Under the pieces are notes generated by a model. That model saw only the letters and a program-made list of their open reading frames with translations, was not told where the DNA came from and did no database searches. A program made the position numbers and the translations under genes. DNA of 63,360 nt, the filler included, from Octopus bimaculoides (taxonomy: Eukaryota): assembly GCF_001194135.2 (NCBI RefSeq). It is 5 parts of 5 records of this genome, joined end to end, with 100 filler letters (N's around TTAATTAATTAA, not from the genome) between each part and the next. Parts side by side here need not be neighbours in the genome. Positions count along the whole stretch, not along the records: positions 1 to 20,067 come from NC_068993.1; 4 more parts are not named here. One strand, written 5' to 3'. Below, piece by piece: positions 1 through 15,910 of this stretch. Each line of letters begins with the position of its first letter. Positions within the stretch are counted from its first letter, which is position 1.

Positions 1-33
<33 letters not shown>

Positions 34-1011
34 GTGTGTGTGTATGTACAAAAGCATAGAAGTGGATGTACCAAGCTTAGTGTTTGAAAATCGTATGATT
101 TTGGTCTCCATCTGTAGACCGGGCGATGCGTTTTATTCTTGAGGAAATCACATTCACGTTACCCCATATCACTCAGATGGCGAAAATTAGTATTACTGCG
201 ACTGGCCTGCGTACAGTTCTGCAGGGCATATATATTCGAGAATCCGGGAAACCGTCGCTATGAATCAGTATGATTTATGGCTCAGCTGTTTTTTTGTTTC
301 CTTGTGTTCTTGTTACTAGTATGTGTTTTGTTCTTTTAAACGATTCTTTTAAAGAAACACTATTTTTACTTTCTTATACATACTTAGAATTTGCTTGTCT
401 CTATACCGACATTTTAGTGAACGCCAATATAGCTTATTCCGTGAAGAAAACATGTCGGGTCATGTACTAGTATACAACATAAAACATGAGTTTTAGATAA
501 TAGTTTTATATAATATATAAGATAATATAATACAGAAAAAATTTAATTATTCATAAACTTTATCGAATTAAATATTAAATCAGTCTCGCAAGTTTTATGA
601 AGAATTTAATTTATATAAAAAAAGAAATATTTATCAAGGAGAAAGTCAAAGTAATCACACGAAAAATGTATATTTTATATGTAAATATGACAAGTACATA
701 AATACAACGTATGTTATAGAACACAGCTATAAATATAAAACTTATACAAAAATACAGATAGCGACATGCTATATATATGGTGTAAATTTATTTATACTCT
801 TAGGTTTCATAAACAAACGTTTAACCTCGATGAGTAAATAGAAGCCATAGTAAAAATAAATGTCTTGCTCTTCTGTTTATGTCAGTGCATATATCTACAT
901 GTATCTGCTGTGTACCGTTCTCGAGCATACACATTTCAAATTATGTGTGCGTGTTTATTTTCACGCGTACACCACAAAACACATACACAGAGATGCACAT
1001 ATTTAAAGGTG

Positions 1012-1073
<62 letters not shown>

Positions 1074-1379
1074 GTGTGTGTATATATGTATATATATGTG
1101 TGTGAGTGTATATATATATCTACTGTTGATTTTATCTAGATTTAGTGAAAATTAATATGAAACAAAATTTGAGAAAACAAAAAGTATTTTAATCAAGAAA
1201 AAATATGTTATTATTAAAGAACCTGAATACATATCAGATATTTCTAAGATCTTATATATGATGTTTACATACATGTGCTGGTTTTTGCACACACACGCAC
1301 GCACACACACGCTCTGACACACTCCTACGCACTCCCACACACGTACAGATACATGTATGTTAACATTTCGCAGAGTAAT

Positions 1380-1890
1380 TCAAGGTCCGAGTAAAACCAA
1401 CCATTTTGAGCCATGTCCGTATATAAGAGAACTATTAACCCCTACTTCTGACTCCAAGAAATCTAACCGCAAGAGAGGTAATCCCTGTTCATTGTGCAAC
1501 AACATGAGCCAAGTGAATTCCAGTAGGAATCATAACGGAAATGTTATGATTTACACGAATGTGGGACGTGTAAAGATTCCCACTTTGGTGTACGTAGCTG
1601 AATGCACGAACCAACTTGACGTTGGTTGTACAACAGAACAATAAGACAAAAGATTCAATAGTCACAGATATATATATATATACATTTTATACATTTTAGT
1701 CAGGCACAATGACAGTAGTTCGACAGAACTTGCCGAAACGGCTGCAATTTTGAAAAAGACTTCAGAGTGCACACTCTCAGAAAATATTCTGAATCTACTT
1801 CACTTTCAGTACTCAAAATACTTGAGGAGAAATGTTTGCACGTTATTAACATCACACCCGAGAGGAATGAATAAAATGACATGACAATTT
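1380..1890 (+). mobile_element. Degenerate Penelope-like element, GIY-YIG endonuclease region
   Basis: GNPCSLC…LVYVAECTNQLDVGCTTEQ*DKRFNSHR, and downstream LLTSHPRGMN. These match the PLE Zn-finger/GIY-YIG/C-terminal pattern; stops and frameshifts are present. Confidence 0.7.
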
Positions 1891-2207
1891 TATTATGTTT
1901 ACACAAGACCGTTTGAATAAATATTGTTTTTCTTTTTCCTTTTCTTTTCTTTTATTTGCTTTCTTTTTTTCTTCTTCATTTTTCTTGTTGCCAGTTATAA
2001 ACTTGAAATCTAAAGACTGATGATTTCTTTCCACTAACGTGGGGATGCTAGTGGCCCTTGTTCATATTTTGCTTGTGAATTTCTATAATTATGAATTATT
2101 ATATATCACTTTCTATTTTGAACTCGACAAAGATAGGCTAGCTATCGATATAACGTTCTACCGATAAAATATCTACTGCAATCGCTTCGCGCTCTTCGTG
2201 TTGTCTC

Positions 2208-2273
<66 letters not shown>

Positions 2274-2276
2274 GTA

Positions 2277-2319
<43 letters not shown>

Positions 2320-2340
2320 TATTGTTATTATTATTATTAT

Positions 2341-2466
2341 TCAGTAGTTTTATTTTTATAACGTGCTTTCACTTCACTACCGAGCGCAGCTCTGTGCGCC
2401 TTGGGTATGTGCTGTGGTTTGCTGTGGTGCTCTTATGTTTACTGTATTGAAAGTGTTTTGCGTAGA

Positions 2467-2468
<2 letters not shown>
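2341..2468 (-). mobile_element. Dong/R4 3'-terminal fragment (same subfamily as 48170-48290)
   Basis: Near-identical reverse complement of 48168-48295, embedded in (TTA)n. Confidence 0.9.
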
Positions 2469-2519
<51 letters not shown>

Positions 2520-3073
2520 CATTATTATTACCACCATTATTCTTATAAATATCACGCAGCTATGATTTTAGCACGCATATTGTTTGGGGTATTTATCTTG
2601 TTAGATGTATGACGAAAAAGAAAATGTTACTACGATCTGAAAAATTACAAGACAAAGACATTTTGTTGTGCTATACTCTAAAATATTTAGAATATTCTAA
2701 AATGTGTCTTAAGATTCCGTTAAAGTAATTGAAAAGATAGCACCACGTTGTTGAAATATGAATCACATCTTAATCGTTAATTTATCAATTATTAGTATGA
2801 AAGAATTTTCTTGTTTCTATAAGAAATATGTAACATTCAGTTACACAATTATTTTAGGCTTTGTATTATTATAAATATCTCTCGGGAATTCCTGAAATAT
2901 TAATAACAAATATTTTCTGTGCATATGTTTGTTCTACCTAACGTGTAGTTGTGTACATCATGTTGCTAAAAAAAACAAAGTCGGTTACATATATATATAC
3001 ATAAAGAAGAAAAAATGAGCACAATCTCAAAAGATGGCATGTGTGTAATAAATATTACATATGCATGTGTCTG

Positions 3074-3146
<73 letters not shown>

Positions 3147-3204
3147 TTATCTATCTATCTATCCATTGATTTATTTACCTATCTATATTTCTATATATAT
3201 ACAC

Positions 3205-3321
<117 letters not shown>

Positions 3322-4906
3322 TATATATATATATATATATTGGTATACGTGCATATATATATATCGGTATATATGTGTATTTAAAACGTGTATTTTCTTT
3401 TCTTTTTCTTTTCTGTTTTAATTTCTTACCAATAGAGAAAGAGCAGATTGCGCGCACAGACATATAAAGCTCTTTCACTGAAATTTAGATATCAATTGCA
3501 AAGTAGTGTGTATATGTTACTTTTTGGGTTATTTACAACAAAAATTTGAGACGCAAAAACAAAGATCCATCCCTGGAATTTTAATAACACTACCAAAATA
3601 TTTTTTATGGCCTATTTGAGTCAAGGTTCGCATATCTTTACAGTTATATCTACAGATTTTATTTCTGGGAGCTGGTTAGAGGTGTCTTATACTGCAGCAT
3701 TGGGCCAATATCCTAACTTAATCGCTTAGCAAATGAGACCGTTAGAATAAGTAACACGAAGTACTGTGGTCGATTCGTTCGATTAAGGCTCTTCAATGCG
3801 TTGTCCCACTATGGCGGCCGTCCATTGAATGAAATATTTAAAAGATAAAAGATAAAGGACGTGCATACATTTGCGCACATGTTTGTGGGTACGTGTGTAA
3901 CACTCAGTCTGGAGAATCGAGTTGTATTGATAGAAAGATATATATCAGCTAAACTTCACAGAAGATTTGAGCCCGTGCTTTTTAGTATGTTCTTTTCTTC
4001 TTTAGTCAAAATACTTATATGTATTGTTTCACGTTAAAAACAAAAACAAGTAAACGGTTCGGAAATTTCTGTAATTTTTTGTAAACGGGGAATGGTTCGG
4101 TGGGTCCATCCGAGTAAATCAAGAATCAACGTTAAAAAATGGTCGAGAAGCACTGTCTTAGTGTTACCGGATTAGCATTATCTAAATCTCCTAATCGTCC
4201 TAGTACCTAATTCTGTGAACCGCGATAGATTTCAGTGCTATTTCAAGACAACAGTTGGTGACGAATTGTAGACAAATATTTTCCAGAAAAGTACGTACAG
4301 CTAAAAATGGCAAAATATTCAACTTGCACCAGGAAATAGTTGTTGCGAAACCACTTTAGCGACCACTTAAGAAGAGTAATATCCTTTTTGGAGTTACTAA
4401 ATATCATCAACAGTTCGACCTACGACATTAAAGTCATCAAGTATACACATCATGAACAACCTTTACAATTGAAATGTAGACACTTCCTCAAATGTTACTG
4501 TCGCCATTTATAACTGAGAAAATACTTAGCACCAGATAGAACAAAATTTGAAACAAATATATTGAATAAGCTAACATCTCGGGCGCACATCTATTCACGT
4601 GTATGTGTAGGCGTACAGGCGTCTTTGTGTAGGCGTATTGACGACTATGTATATTTAACGAACATGAATCAGGGGAGTTTTGTCTGAGAATCATTTTTAC
4701 AGAAAAAGTGCGACGTAGCTTGATTTCGTAATTGTCAATATTAAGATTGAAAACAAGTGAATTCAACAAACAAATGAATATTCATAAATAGGTAAAATTG
4801 TATTTCATTGGTTTTAATTAGACCGATGATGTGTTCCAAACCCATATTTTATTTCATTCTCTGTTTTTTTTAAATCTTTAGTTCCTATACCTGTGTGAAA
4901 TATACC

Positions 4907-4972
<66 letters not shown>

Positions 4973-6087
4973 TGTGTATGAAAGTATATTTTCGTTTGCC
5001 TTTCATTTTCTGTCTGTCTGTCTGTCTCTCTCTCTCTATATATATATGTGTGTGTGTGTGTGTATGTGTGTGTGTGGTGTGCGTGTGTGTGTGTGTGTGG
5101 GTGTGTGTGTGTGTGTGTGTGTATGTGTGTGTGTGTGTGTGTATGTCCGTCGCAGGACATATATACTCAATTTTACCGGCTGAATGGAGTGGAAAACATG
5201 AAATGACGTGTTCTACTCAAAAACTCTACGCCTGTTCCAGGAATCGAAACCACGGTCATGCGAATATGCGAGCGTCCTCCTAACCATTAACCATGCACTT
5301 CTTAAGCCTTTTTGATAATGGTAATAATACATTCGCTGATATAGCCTCCTTTATTATGTATATACATTCATATGTCTTTCTTCTTGTTTATTTTTGTTAC
5401 TGATAAGCTTTCCATTTGAACTGGAACAAACCAAAGAAAAAATATAATTCATAAAACACCATTAATACGCAAATCATAGGAATTAATGTAAAAATAAAAG
5501 AGAAAGAGACGCGTATACACACACACACAAACATACACACACACACTCACACACACAGACATATATACATATATATACTTATACATCTAAATGAACTGAT
5601 TTTATTATTATACTTTCAAAACCAAATTAAAAGCTCAGTAAACGAAACTTTCATAACAATAAAACCGTGAAATTTTCAATTCGCGCACCTGCCTGGCTTT
5701 GAAATTATATTGTCAGCATCATGGGAGTAATTATTTTGCTAAATTCCAATTAGATCGTGTAATTATGTTTTTCTTGCTTATTACGAACGTGCATAAAAAA
5801 TTTACCTTACAAATACAAAAGAAAAATTACCAGTTTATTGTTATTTTTCCTATTGAATACATTAAGTCAATATGTTATTTTGAATTGTTTAACTTTTGTT
5901 TCTGTTTATTTAGTTGCATCCGTTGTCACTGTCCTCCTTTATCCCTCTCCATATCTTTCTCAATCTCTCTATCTCTCTTTCACTCTCAAAGACAACACAC
6001 ATACAAATATATTTCTCAACAGAGCAAAAGTACACGTACACAAGCAAATTTTTCATTTATCATTTCTTATATATAGCTATTGATATT

Positions 6088-6162
<75 letters not shown>

Positions 6163-6169
6163 CATACAT

Positions 6170-6203
<34 letters not shown>

Positions 6204-6231
6204 GTATTTATATATATGTATGTGTATATGC

Positions 6232-6263
<32 letters not shown>

Positions 6264-6274
6264 ATGAATATTGG

Positions 6275-6357
<83 letters not shown>

Positions 6358-6999
6358 ATATGTATGCATGTATCTGTGTATGTTTGTATGTATGTATGTA
6401 TGTATGTATGCATGCATACGTGTGCGTATGTGTGTTTGTGTGTGTACGTGCGTAGGTGCGTGCATATGTGTCAGTCATTAAGCGTAAGTGCACTCACATT
6501 CACGTCTGCTTGTGTGTATGTGTTCTTAAGTGCGCACGCGTTTTCAAATTTACCTTTAGCTTTATTTCCTTGTTTAACTTAATACGTCCATTTATTTTAC
6601 TCCATTCGTAACATACAACAATACAAATACAAAACTCAGCAGATAATGTTTTTTCCTACATTATAAAAATCAATTAAACTAGTCTCTACTTGAATTACTC
6701 TTTCATAGTTTTATTTGTATTATACCAGCATTATCCGGATAAAATTTAGAGCTGCCGTTTTAATACATTTCATCACTGCATCTTTTATATTCATGTCAAA
6801 TAGTTTACAAATGTACAAGAAATATATTCGCAGATAAACCTGTTGGATTATGTGGCTGATAAGATTTTTTATTATATAAATTATCAGCATGAATATTTTT
6901 ACAATTCGATTTAATACTATGCTAATATGGTAAGACAGTTACTGTGTTAATTATAATTACTTGAGTCCTTCTTTATTCATGAATTAATATATCCTGTTC

Positions 7000-7385
7000 G
7001 TCTTTCATTTGCTTCAGTCACTAGGCTGTGGTCATGCTGGGCACCGCCTTGAAGAATTTTAGTCGAATGAATCGACCCCAGTAAATTGTTTTTTAATTTT
7101 CTGGTACATATTTTATCGGTCTTTTTGCCAAACTACTCAGTAACAGGGACATAAACACATCAACAGCGGTTGTCAAACGGCGATGGGCTACAAACGCACG
7201 CGCGCACACATAAACGCACGAGCGTCCTTTTGTTAGTTTTCCAAATCCATTCACGAGGGTTAGGTCTGTCCTAGGCTATAGTAGAAGTTACTTTCCTAAA
7301 ATGCCGTGCAGTGGGACTGAATCCGGAATCCAGAAACATGTGGTTGGGAAGCAAGCCTTTTACCACACAGCGACTCATGCGCCTA
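7000..7385 (-). mobile_element. tRNA-derived SINE family A
   Basis: Head ggcgca…gctgtgtggtaa…ggattcagtcccactgc and tail …ccagcatgaccacagcc…gactgaagcaaatgaaag. Further copies or fragments at about 3740-3850(+), 11060-11220(-), 14490-14650(+), 31930-32060(-), 33885-33940(+), 41960-42345(+), 43800-44000(-), 48645-48830(-). Confidence 0.85.
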
Positions 7386-9055
7386 TATCTAGAAATTATT
7401 TTAATATACAATTCATTTAATATATCGATAGATAATTTCATTGTTCATTCTGCAGGGAGCTTGCAGCGTAATTTGCAAATAATCAAAGAACTTCTTTAGT
7501 CTACGGATGTTTATGTTTATCTATATATTTTTTCTGCAGTTTGAATCTTTTTGAAAATACTTGTATTTGGTAAAAAAATTCTATCAAATAGTGGAGACAT
7601 GGGATCAAGTCATAAACTGTATGGACTTCTATATCTTATGGCATTTAAAAACATTTATATAATTGAAAAACACGCGTCAAATATTAAATGCATTATACGA
7701 GTACCGTATTTCAATGTTATCTTCTCTTAGATCAATTGCACAGATGTGTAAAAAGAATTGCACTGCAGGCTGTAAAACTCATATTTTTTGGCTGTGTTAC
7801 CGGGATCGATCACCACCGCTATAATTTTGTTATCATACACTCATGGCAAATAATAATTGTTAGGCAGAGAATTAGCATTATCATGCGATTGAAAATTTAA
7901 AATCACTTTAACTTTCTAAGACATCTCAACTCTTCTAAAAGCAAACTTCGTTTGTTTATTTACGTTTGTCGTAATTTGAATTTATATATATATATATATA
8001 TATATAAATATATATANNNNNNNNNNNNNNNNNNNNNNNNNNNNNNNNNNNNNNNNNNNNNNNNNNNNNNNNNNNNNNNNNNNNNNNNNNNNNNNNNNNN
8101 NNNNNNNNNNNNNNNNNNNNNNNNNNNNNNNNNNNNNNNNNNNNNNNNNNNNNNNNNNNNNNNNNNNNNNNNNNNNNNNNNNNNNNNNNNNNNNNNNNNN
8201 NNNNNNNNNNNNNNNNNNNNNNNNNNNNNNNNNNNNNNNNNNNNNNNNNNNNNNNNNNNNNNNNNNNNNNNNNNNNNNNNNNNNNNNNNNNNNNNNNNNN
8301 NNNNNNNNNNNNNNNNNNNNNNNNNNNNNNNNNNNNNNNNNNNNNNNNNNNNNNNNNNNNNNNNNNNNNNNNNNNNNNNNNNNNNNNNNNNNNNNNNNNN
8401 NNNNNNNNNNNNNNNNNNNNNNNNNNATAAATTTGCATACACACACAAATAAACAACCCTCACACTCACACACATAGATATATGTGCATTTATATTTTGC
8501 ACAACGCAACGTGAATCTGATTTACTGATATGAATATCAATATAAGAAACTTTGTAACTGAGAAAAATTATACTGCATTACATGCACATGTACTGACACA
8601 TACCACGCCCACATACAAACTTGCACACACAAGCAATACACCAAGACGTTGTGCATGTGAGACATTATTTCATAATGAGCATGTTACAGAGCCAACTGTT
8701 TCGATTTTTGATGATCATCTTCACAAGTAATTGTGAACATGATCACAAAGATTGAAACAGGATTATTTGTAAACCACTCAGATATATATGTGTGTTTGAA
8801 TCTATGCGTGTGCGTGTGTGCGTGTCTGTGTGTGTTCGTTTATGTATGTATGTATGTATGCGTTCGTATATGTATTTGATAGTGCAATCTTTTCAGTGTA
8901 GTTGAAAGCAATTTATCATTTGGCAATTACACAAAATTTCACAACGTCTGAACAAAATAGAAAAATTCAGTCTCTTCGTTGTAAAAGCACGAAAAATATA
9001 TTTACATAATGGTAATAATGATAATAACAACACCAACAATAAAATGATGATTATG

Positions 9056-9136
<81 letters not shown>

Positions 9137-9776
9137 TTGATGATGATGATGATGATAATAATTATAATAAGATAATTATGATGATGATGATGATCATCAT
9201 GATAATGATGATGATCATGATGATGATGAGGATGATGATGATGGTAGTGGTGATGATGATGATGATATTGAAAGCAATATATTAGAAACGAATTTTATTT
9301 TTTAATATATTTTAGTTTTTAAATTAAAAATATTATCTACTCAGTATCGAAGCCATTAAGACAATATTCAAATCGTCTGCGATTAAAATGAAAAATCTGC
9401 TGAACACTACTTATAATACATTAATGCCTTTTCTTGGGTTTCCTGGATCTAAATGTGGTTACACAAAAAAGTATGAACAGTATTATTTTTTTACCCTTTG
9501 GAGACTGGCGGCTAAGTGGAATAGCGACGCTACATTTCCGGGGAACAACTGTGTGTCTTGTTCTTGTTTCTCTCAGCCATTAAGCTATTTTAGCGCACAA
9601 CGCTAAAAACACTGGGAGACATATGGATTTCCCAAGTCCATGAGCAATTTGTTTGATCTGCTATGCATAGCAGCTAATTATCCGCTACAACCTGTTGCCT
9701 TATCTAAGGGAAGGTCACATGAGATAATGTAGTCATTGATGTATTAAAAATACACCAACTTCTGCGTTGAAGTGGC

Positions 9777-9819
<43 letters not shown>

Positions 9820-10763
9820 NNNNNNNNNNNNNNNNNNNNNNNNNNNNNNNNNNNNNNNNNNNNNNNNNNNNNNNNNNNNNNNNNNNNNNNNNNNNNNNNN
9901 NNNNNNNNNNNNNNNNNNNNNNNNNNNNNNNNNNNNNNNNNNNNNNNNNNNNNNNNNNNNNNNNNNNNNNNNNNNNNNNNNNNNNNNNNNNNNNNNNNNN
10001 NNNNNNNNNNNNNNNNNNNNNNNNNNNNNNNNNNNNNNNNNNNNNNNNNNNNNNNNNNNNNNNNNNNNNNNNNNNNNNNNNNNNNNNNNNNNNNNNNNNN
10101 NNNNNNNNNNNNNNNNNNNNNNNNNNNNNNNNNNNNNNNNNNNNNNNNNNNNNNTAGCAATATATTGTTACAAACTTTCAATGTATAGATTTCTGCAATT
10201 TCTGTTAGATGATTAATTTGATAAGTGTTAGTTGCATCTTTTCAATCAACAGTGCTGTATTAATGTGTGTGTGTGTGTATGCTTGTGGGTACAGAGCCTA
10301 GAAGTGTTATTTTTTGTAAATTGTGTATATTAATAATTCCTTCGAGGCATTGACAAATGCCTAATTATTTTCGAAGATTTTTTTCCGGTGTATACCTATG
10401 CCATGTGTGTACGGCAGGTGATTCGTACCACTTCCTAGTGTTTGAAGTTTCATTTCATTATCCCTACAATAATATTCTTTGTTCTTGGTTGAGAATGCAG
10501 TTAATTCTCTCATCACAACCTTCTTATATCCTGCTGCTTCCTAATATATTTTACTATAATTAATATATTTCTTTTCATTCTATATTTTTGCGGTTTCTCG
10601 TTGGAAAACTTACGTCCTGAATCAAAGTCAAAGATCACAAACTTTGAGGTTGAATATCGCATTCCTCAATGTCATGAGTTTTCTTTGTCAATTTCCACGC
10701 TTTTTTGTTTGTTTCGGAATTGGTTTCAGAAATTTTCTGATAATCTCAGTTATTTTCCCTTAA

Positions 10764-10833
<70 letters not shown>

Positions 10834-10858
10834 ACATGTATGTATGTATGTATGTATG

Positions 10859-10897
<39 letters not shown>

Positions 10898-10940
10898 NNN
10901 NNNNNNNATCTATCTATCTATCTATCTATCTATCAATCTA

Positions 10941-10973
<33 letters not shown>

Positions 10974-13519
10974 GTATGTGTGTGGGTGTGGGTGTGTGTG
11001 TGTATGTGTGTGTGTATGTGTGTGTGTGTGTGTGTGTGTTTGTGTATATACATACAGACAGTCTTCCAGTTTCTGTCAACAAAATCGACTGACAAAGCTT
11101 TAATCGGCCGAGGCTATATTAGAACAAACTTGCCCATGGTGCCCATGGTGAGACTGAATACAAAACCATATGGTTGGAAGCAAACTTCTTACCGCACAGC
11201 TTGCGCCTACGCCTATAGCGTTAGTTTACTATTTCGTCTAGGCGATAATTTTCATAGCCTGCAAACAAACAATATATCTAGTACATTTATATTAGCACAA
11301 AGCACCTGCCACCCTGATTTCGAGCTAATTATATAATTTATTTGTCATATTTTGTGCTGTCTATTCGAAGTATTCATTAATTTTCTTAGTACCTGGTAAT
11401 GAATATTACAACAATATTGTTTCAAGGATAGCTAAAGTATTGACGGATTTTATTGTGTCCATTGTTTTAAGTCTTAATTTAACTCATCTATGATTTTCTT
11501 ACATCAGCATTACGGTTACTCTTTTATCCGGTATTCTCCTTAGTTCATTAATTCCCAAGAAGCTGTTTGTCTGTCTGTAGTTTAATTCTCTTATCTTTAT
11601 TTGTATCTGTATAGCAAACATGAGATTACCGATCTTAATTAAACATGAGATTACCGATGTCTCTTCAAAGTTCGTTGACGCGTTTTTGTAACTCGGATGT
11701 CATGTCTAATCCTATAGTGTGTATGTGCGTTGAATGAAACACTTTGAGCTGTTTATCGTTTACTGAATGCAGTTTGTTGACGTCCGATAATAAACAAAAC
11801 ATAGCTCAAAGACATCGTATCCCTGTCTAATCTGATTTAACGTGTTGGTTAAAGGTGTTCATAGCACGAAGAAAAAATATGAAATAAGTGTCTCATTTTT
11901 GAATATACTTATTCTGAGAGCCATGTGGTTAGGTTTTATAATACCAATATATATACATACATACATATATGCATACATACATACAAACATACATACACAC
12001 AGACATTCACACATACACACACATACATATACTCATGTGTATATATACATGTATATATATATATGTATGTTTGTATGTGTGTATGCATGCATTTATGCAT
12101 GTATGTATATGTAAAAGGCAAATGGTTAGTATAATTCTACAATTTGCTCATATCTATCTATCTATCTATCTATTTAGCTANNNNNNNNNNNNNNNNNNNN
12201 NNNNNNNNNNNNNNNNNNNNNNNNNNNNNNNNNNNNNNNNNNNNNNNNNNNNNNNNNNNNNNNNNNNNNNNNNNNNNNNNNNNNNNNNNNNNNNNNNNNN
12301 NNNNNNNNNNNNATATATATGTATATACAGAGAGAGAGAGAGAGGAAGGAGGGAGGGAGAGGGAAGGAGAGTGACAGGGGAATGAGAGAGATGGAGTGGA
12401 GCACAGACTTGCGTGTCTACACGCAAACATATAGAAGTAATTTGCTGCGGAGGCTGGGCTGGGATACTGTCTCAGAACACGTTCATCTTATAGAAAATGA
12501 TTATGGAACCGTACCATGATAGATATGTGTTTTTGTTTGTTTGTTTGTGTGTTTGTTGTGTATGTGTGTGTACTTGAAGCTCAGGAATTGGAACGGATAG
12601 AATCTGGGCTACATATGTCTCTTAGCTAGCTGATACTCTCATGTACTAATTACTCAATGAACTACGCTACTCCTCAAATCGAAGATACCTTACTTACAGG
12701 AAGGCTACATTGTTATTTGGCAATCCCAAGTTTACTCATTTACTCACTGTAGATGTGGCGTTAAAAGATATATACATATATATATATATGTGTGTGTGTG
12801 TCTGTGTACGTATGCATGTGTGTGTGTCTGTGTGTGTGTGTGTGTGTATAAACCAGAGTTATTAGTGAAGGATTATCAATTCGGGTAAAATACTAAGTTG
12901 TCCGTTAGTACTGCAGGCTAACAATATTGTTTGAAGTAGTAAAGAGCGCCGCGTAAAATTGTATTAGGTTTCGAGATTATATTTCATCACTATTCTACGT
13001 TGTAAATCCGTGGTTGTGCTCCAGCTATACTAGTTTTTACAAGGAGTGGTACATATGATAAATAATGGTCATTACATATTTTCTTTTATTATCATTGCAT
13101 TTATGTATGTACGAATATATATATACATACAAATATGCAGAGTTTTGCATTGAGATTCCCACATGATCTGATCTATGTAAATAACAACTTTTCGATATAA
13201 ACTTTTATGGCTGCTGCACACATTAGTTCGTTTATTTAGTGTTATTAATGTTAGTGTCTCTTTTCATTATATTTGGTGATTAGTTAGCGGCTATTGCTTT
13301 TAGTCCTATATAGGTAACACCGTGCGCGAATATTCGCACTAAAGGTCAATTATCTATCAAGGGTAAACACACTCACGGAGCACAATTCATACCACAACCA
13401 AGTATATGAAACCCAAAATACACACACACAGATATACACATATACATATACACACACACAGATATACACAGATACATATACACTCACAAATAATCGTGTA
13501 TACACACATATACACACAC

Positions 13520-13636
<117 letters not shown>

Positions 13637-14380
13637 AATATGTACATACTAGAGATAACACAAAAGAAAATTATATCATTAGGCAGAAGTTTAAAAGGGA
13701 ATACGTACTTTGAATTTAAACCATAAATGTATGAAACTGGCGCTTATAATGCTTATAATCTCTGAACATCTAGAAATAAACAATCCGATACTGGATAAAA
13801 GTGATGGCAATTGAATTAAAGGGTCGAATATTGGATGGAAATATCTGGTCATGCTGACTCGGTATCATTCAAAGCATTCATTATGATATATTGAATATTC
13901 TCTTGAAAAATGAATAATACATATATTATGGTATCTGATTTCTAATCTATGTTGTTGCTGATATCTCTGATGTAATGTGTAGAATAAAAATAAATATATC
14001 AGGTTTTTTGATAAATTTGTATAAAAATCACGGTGCAAATATAAATATTATATTAATTCATTCAGAGATTTATGAAGATTGTAATGACGCCGCTCATTTA
14101 AATTCAAACCATGAAGGCTTTTTATTATTAAATGTCACATACAAGGGAATCAAAGTCACTTATTACAGAAACATTACTCGACCTTTTAAATGAAGTTGCT
14201 AGTTCTCTCTGAAACCTTAAAAACAAAACAGAGTATGTATCTAAAACTACACTGCAACTGATTGAGAGACAAATAAATAAATAAGTAGATAAGTGAAAAA
14301 ATATAATGAGAAAAAAATAATGCTGCATCACAATAGTTCAGAAATACATAAGTCTGTTGTTTTAGATTTAGGAAGCAGCA

Positions 14381-14451
<71 letters not shown>

Positions 14452-15850
14452 ATAATATATATAATATGTATACATACTTATATAAATATATGTAGGCTCA
14501 TATATGTGCTTACCATCCACATGGTTCTGGCATAAGTCCCAATGCGTGGCACCTTCACCTTAGGTAAGTGTCTTCTACTACAGTGTCGGGCCGACCAAAG
14601 CATTGTTAGTGGATTTGGTACACGGAAACTGAAAGAAGCCCGTCGTTTANNNNNNNNNNNNNNNNNNNNNNNNNNNNNNNNNNNNNNNNNNNNNNNNNNN
14701 NNNNNNNCAACAGTAACATCCACCCCTAGGGGTCAGCCACACTTAAGTGGCAATATACTACACTTTATCGTGCAGTTACTGTTAACATTATATATATATA
14801 TATATATATATATGCAAAAAAGTTACTTTTTACACAAATTGTCGTCATTTGTTCTTAAGAATAATTTTGTATGGCGAAATCCTTGAAGACAACTGTGTTA
14901 AAATCTGAAGTTCTTATGATTACATTTTCAAGCTTAGGAGTCCACTTGAAATGTTAAATAATGAGCGAAAAATCAATTTAGATCATGTCTGCCATTCTTC
15001 ATTTCGTTTTCTATATTCATTATTACGAATCGCTCTTCTGTTGCAAAAGCTTTGAAAACCAAGTGTGTTAAAATATCAAGCTCTAAAATTTATATCTCCG
15101 AGCTACGCACCGCACTTAAAATGTCGACATTATTTGAAATAAATAGACGTTTCGAATTTGTTTTTCTTCATTATTTTTAATACTAGGTTACCGAATATAT
15201 GTGTTACACGAGGTCGAGCCTATTCACACATAAAATAAATTAAACAAATTTTGAAAATTGTAGCAGAAAAGATAATTCTTCTTTGGCAAAAGGCATTCAA
15301 CTATTGTGTTACGATTCAGTCAGTTAAAACAAAAAATCTTAAAATTCCCTTTGCTAACGTAGAAGGGCGACTGTGACCTGGTCGATTCTTTCTAATAAAG
15401 TTCCAAAAGTTTTGTTTACATACTGCATTATCTATTCCGCCAATGACCATTTTTCGATTTATCCGTTGATCATGCGACGTACGCCCACACGCAACGACCC
15501 TTGCAGCGGCACTGTAGAGAAGTTCACACGTTCGTTCACTTTCTAGTCAATGCGGAGCCTCAAGAAATTAGTCAATTGTATTGGCACTTGGTATTCAACA
15601 TCTCCAATAAATTATATTTACTGCTTTGCATCCTATGCAGAAATATGTATTCGTTACGACTTATACTACATGAAATCCAAAATTCAACCCAAAATAGCGA
15701 TTTTTAAAATGTTAAATTGCGTTACGGAGCCTGCAAGAAATTTTTAACTCCAACGTTCTTCATACACCATTATTTTACCCCGAATTCGCACAAAATATCG
15801 ATTATTGCTTACAAATTTCGAAAGTTGCATTTTTTAACTTTACCCTAATT

Positions 15851-15910
<60 letters not shown>

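Noticed and set aside
40-290. Protein-like frame (…RPGDAFYS*GNHIHV…)
   Set aside because: The sequence aligns to SINE family C (27060-27310).
4030-4490. Possible highly decayed mariner
   Set aside because: No TIR or translatable motif could be confirmed.
7727-7900. Acceptor-like AG followed by Cys-containing frames (MCKKNCTAGC…); likewise 9430-9606 (NNCVSCSC) and 36409-36460 (TGRHCSINQC)
   Set aside because: There is no paired acceptor and donor in a compatible phase, and short Cys patterns arise by chance.
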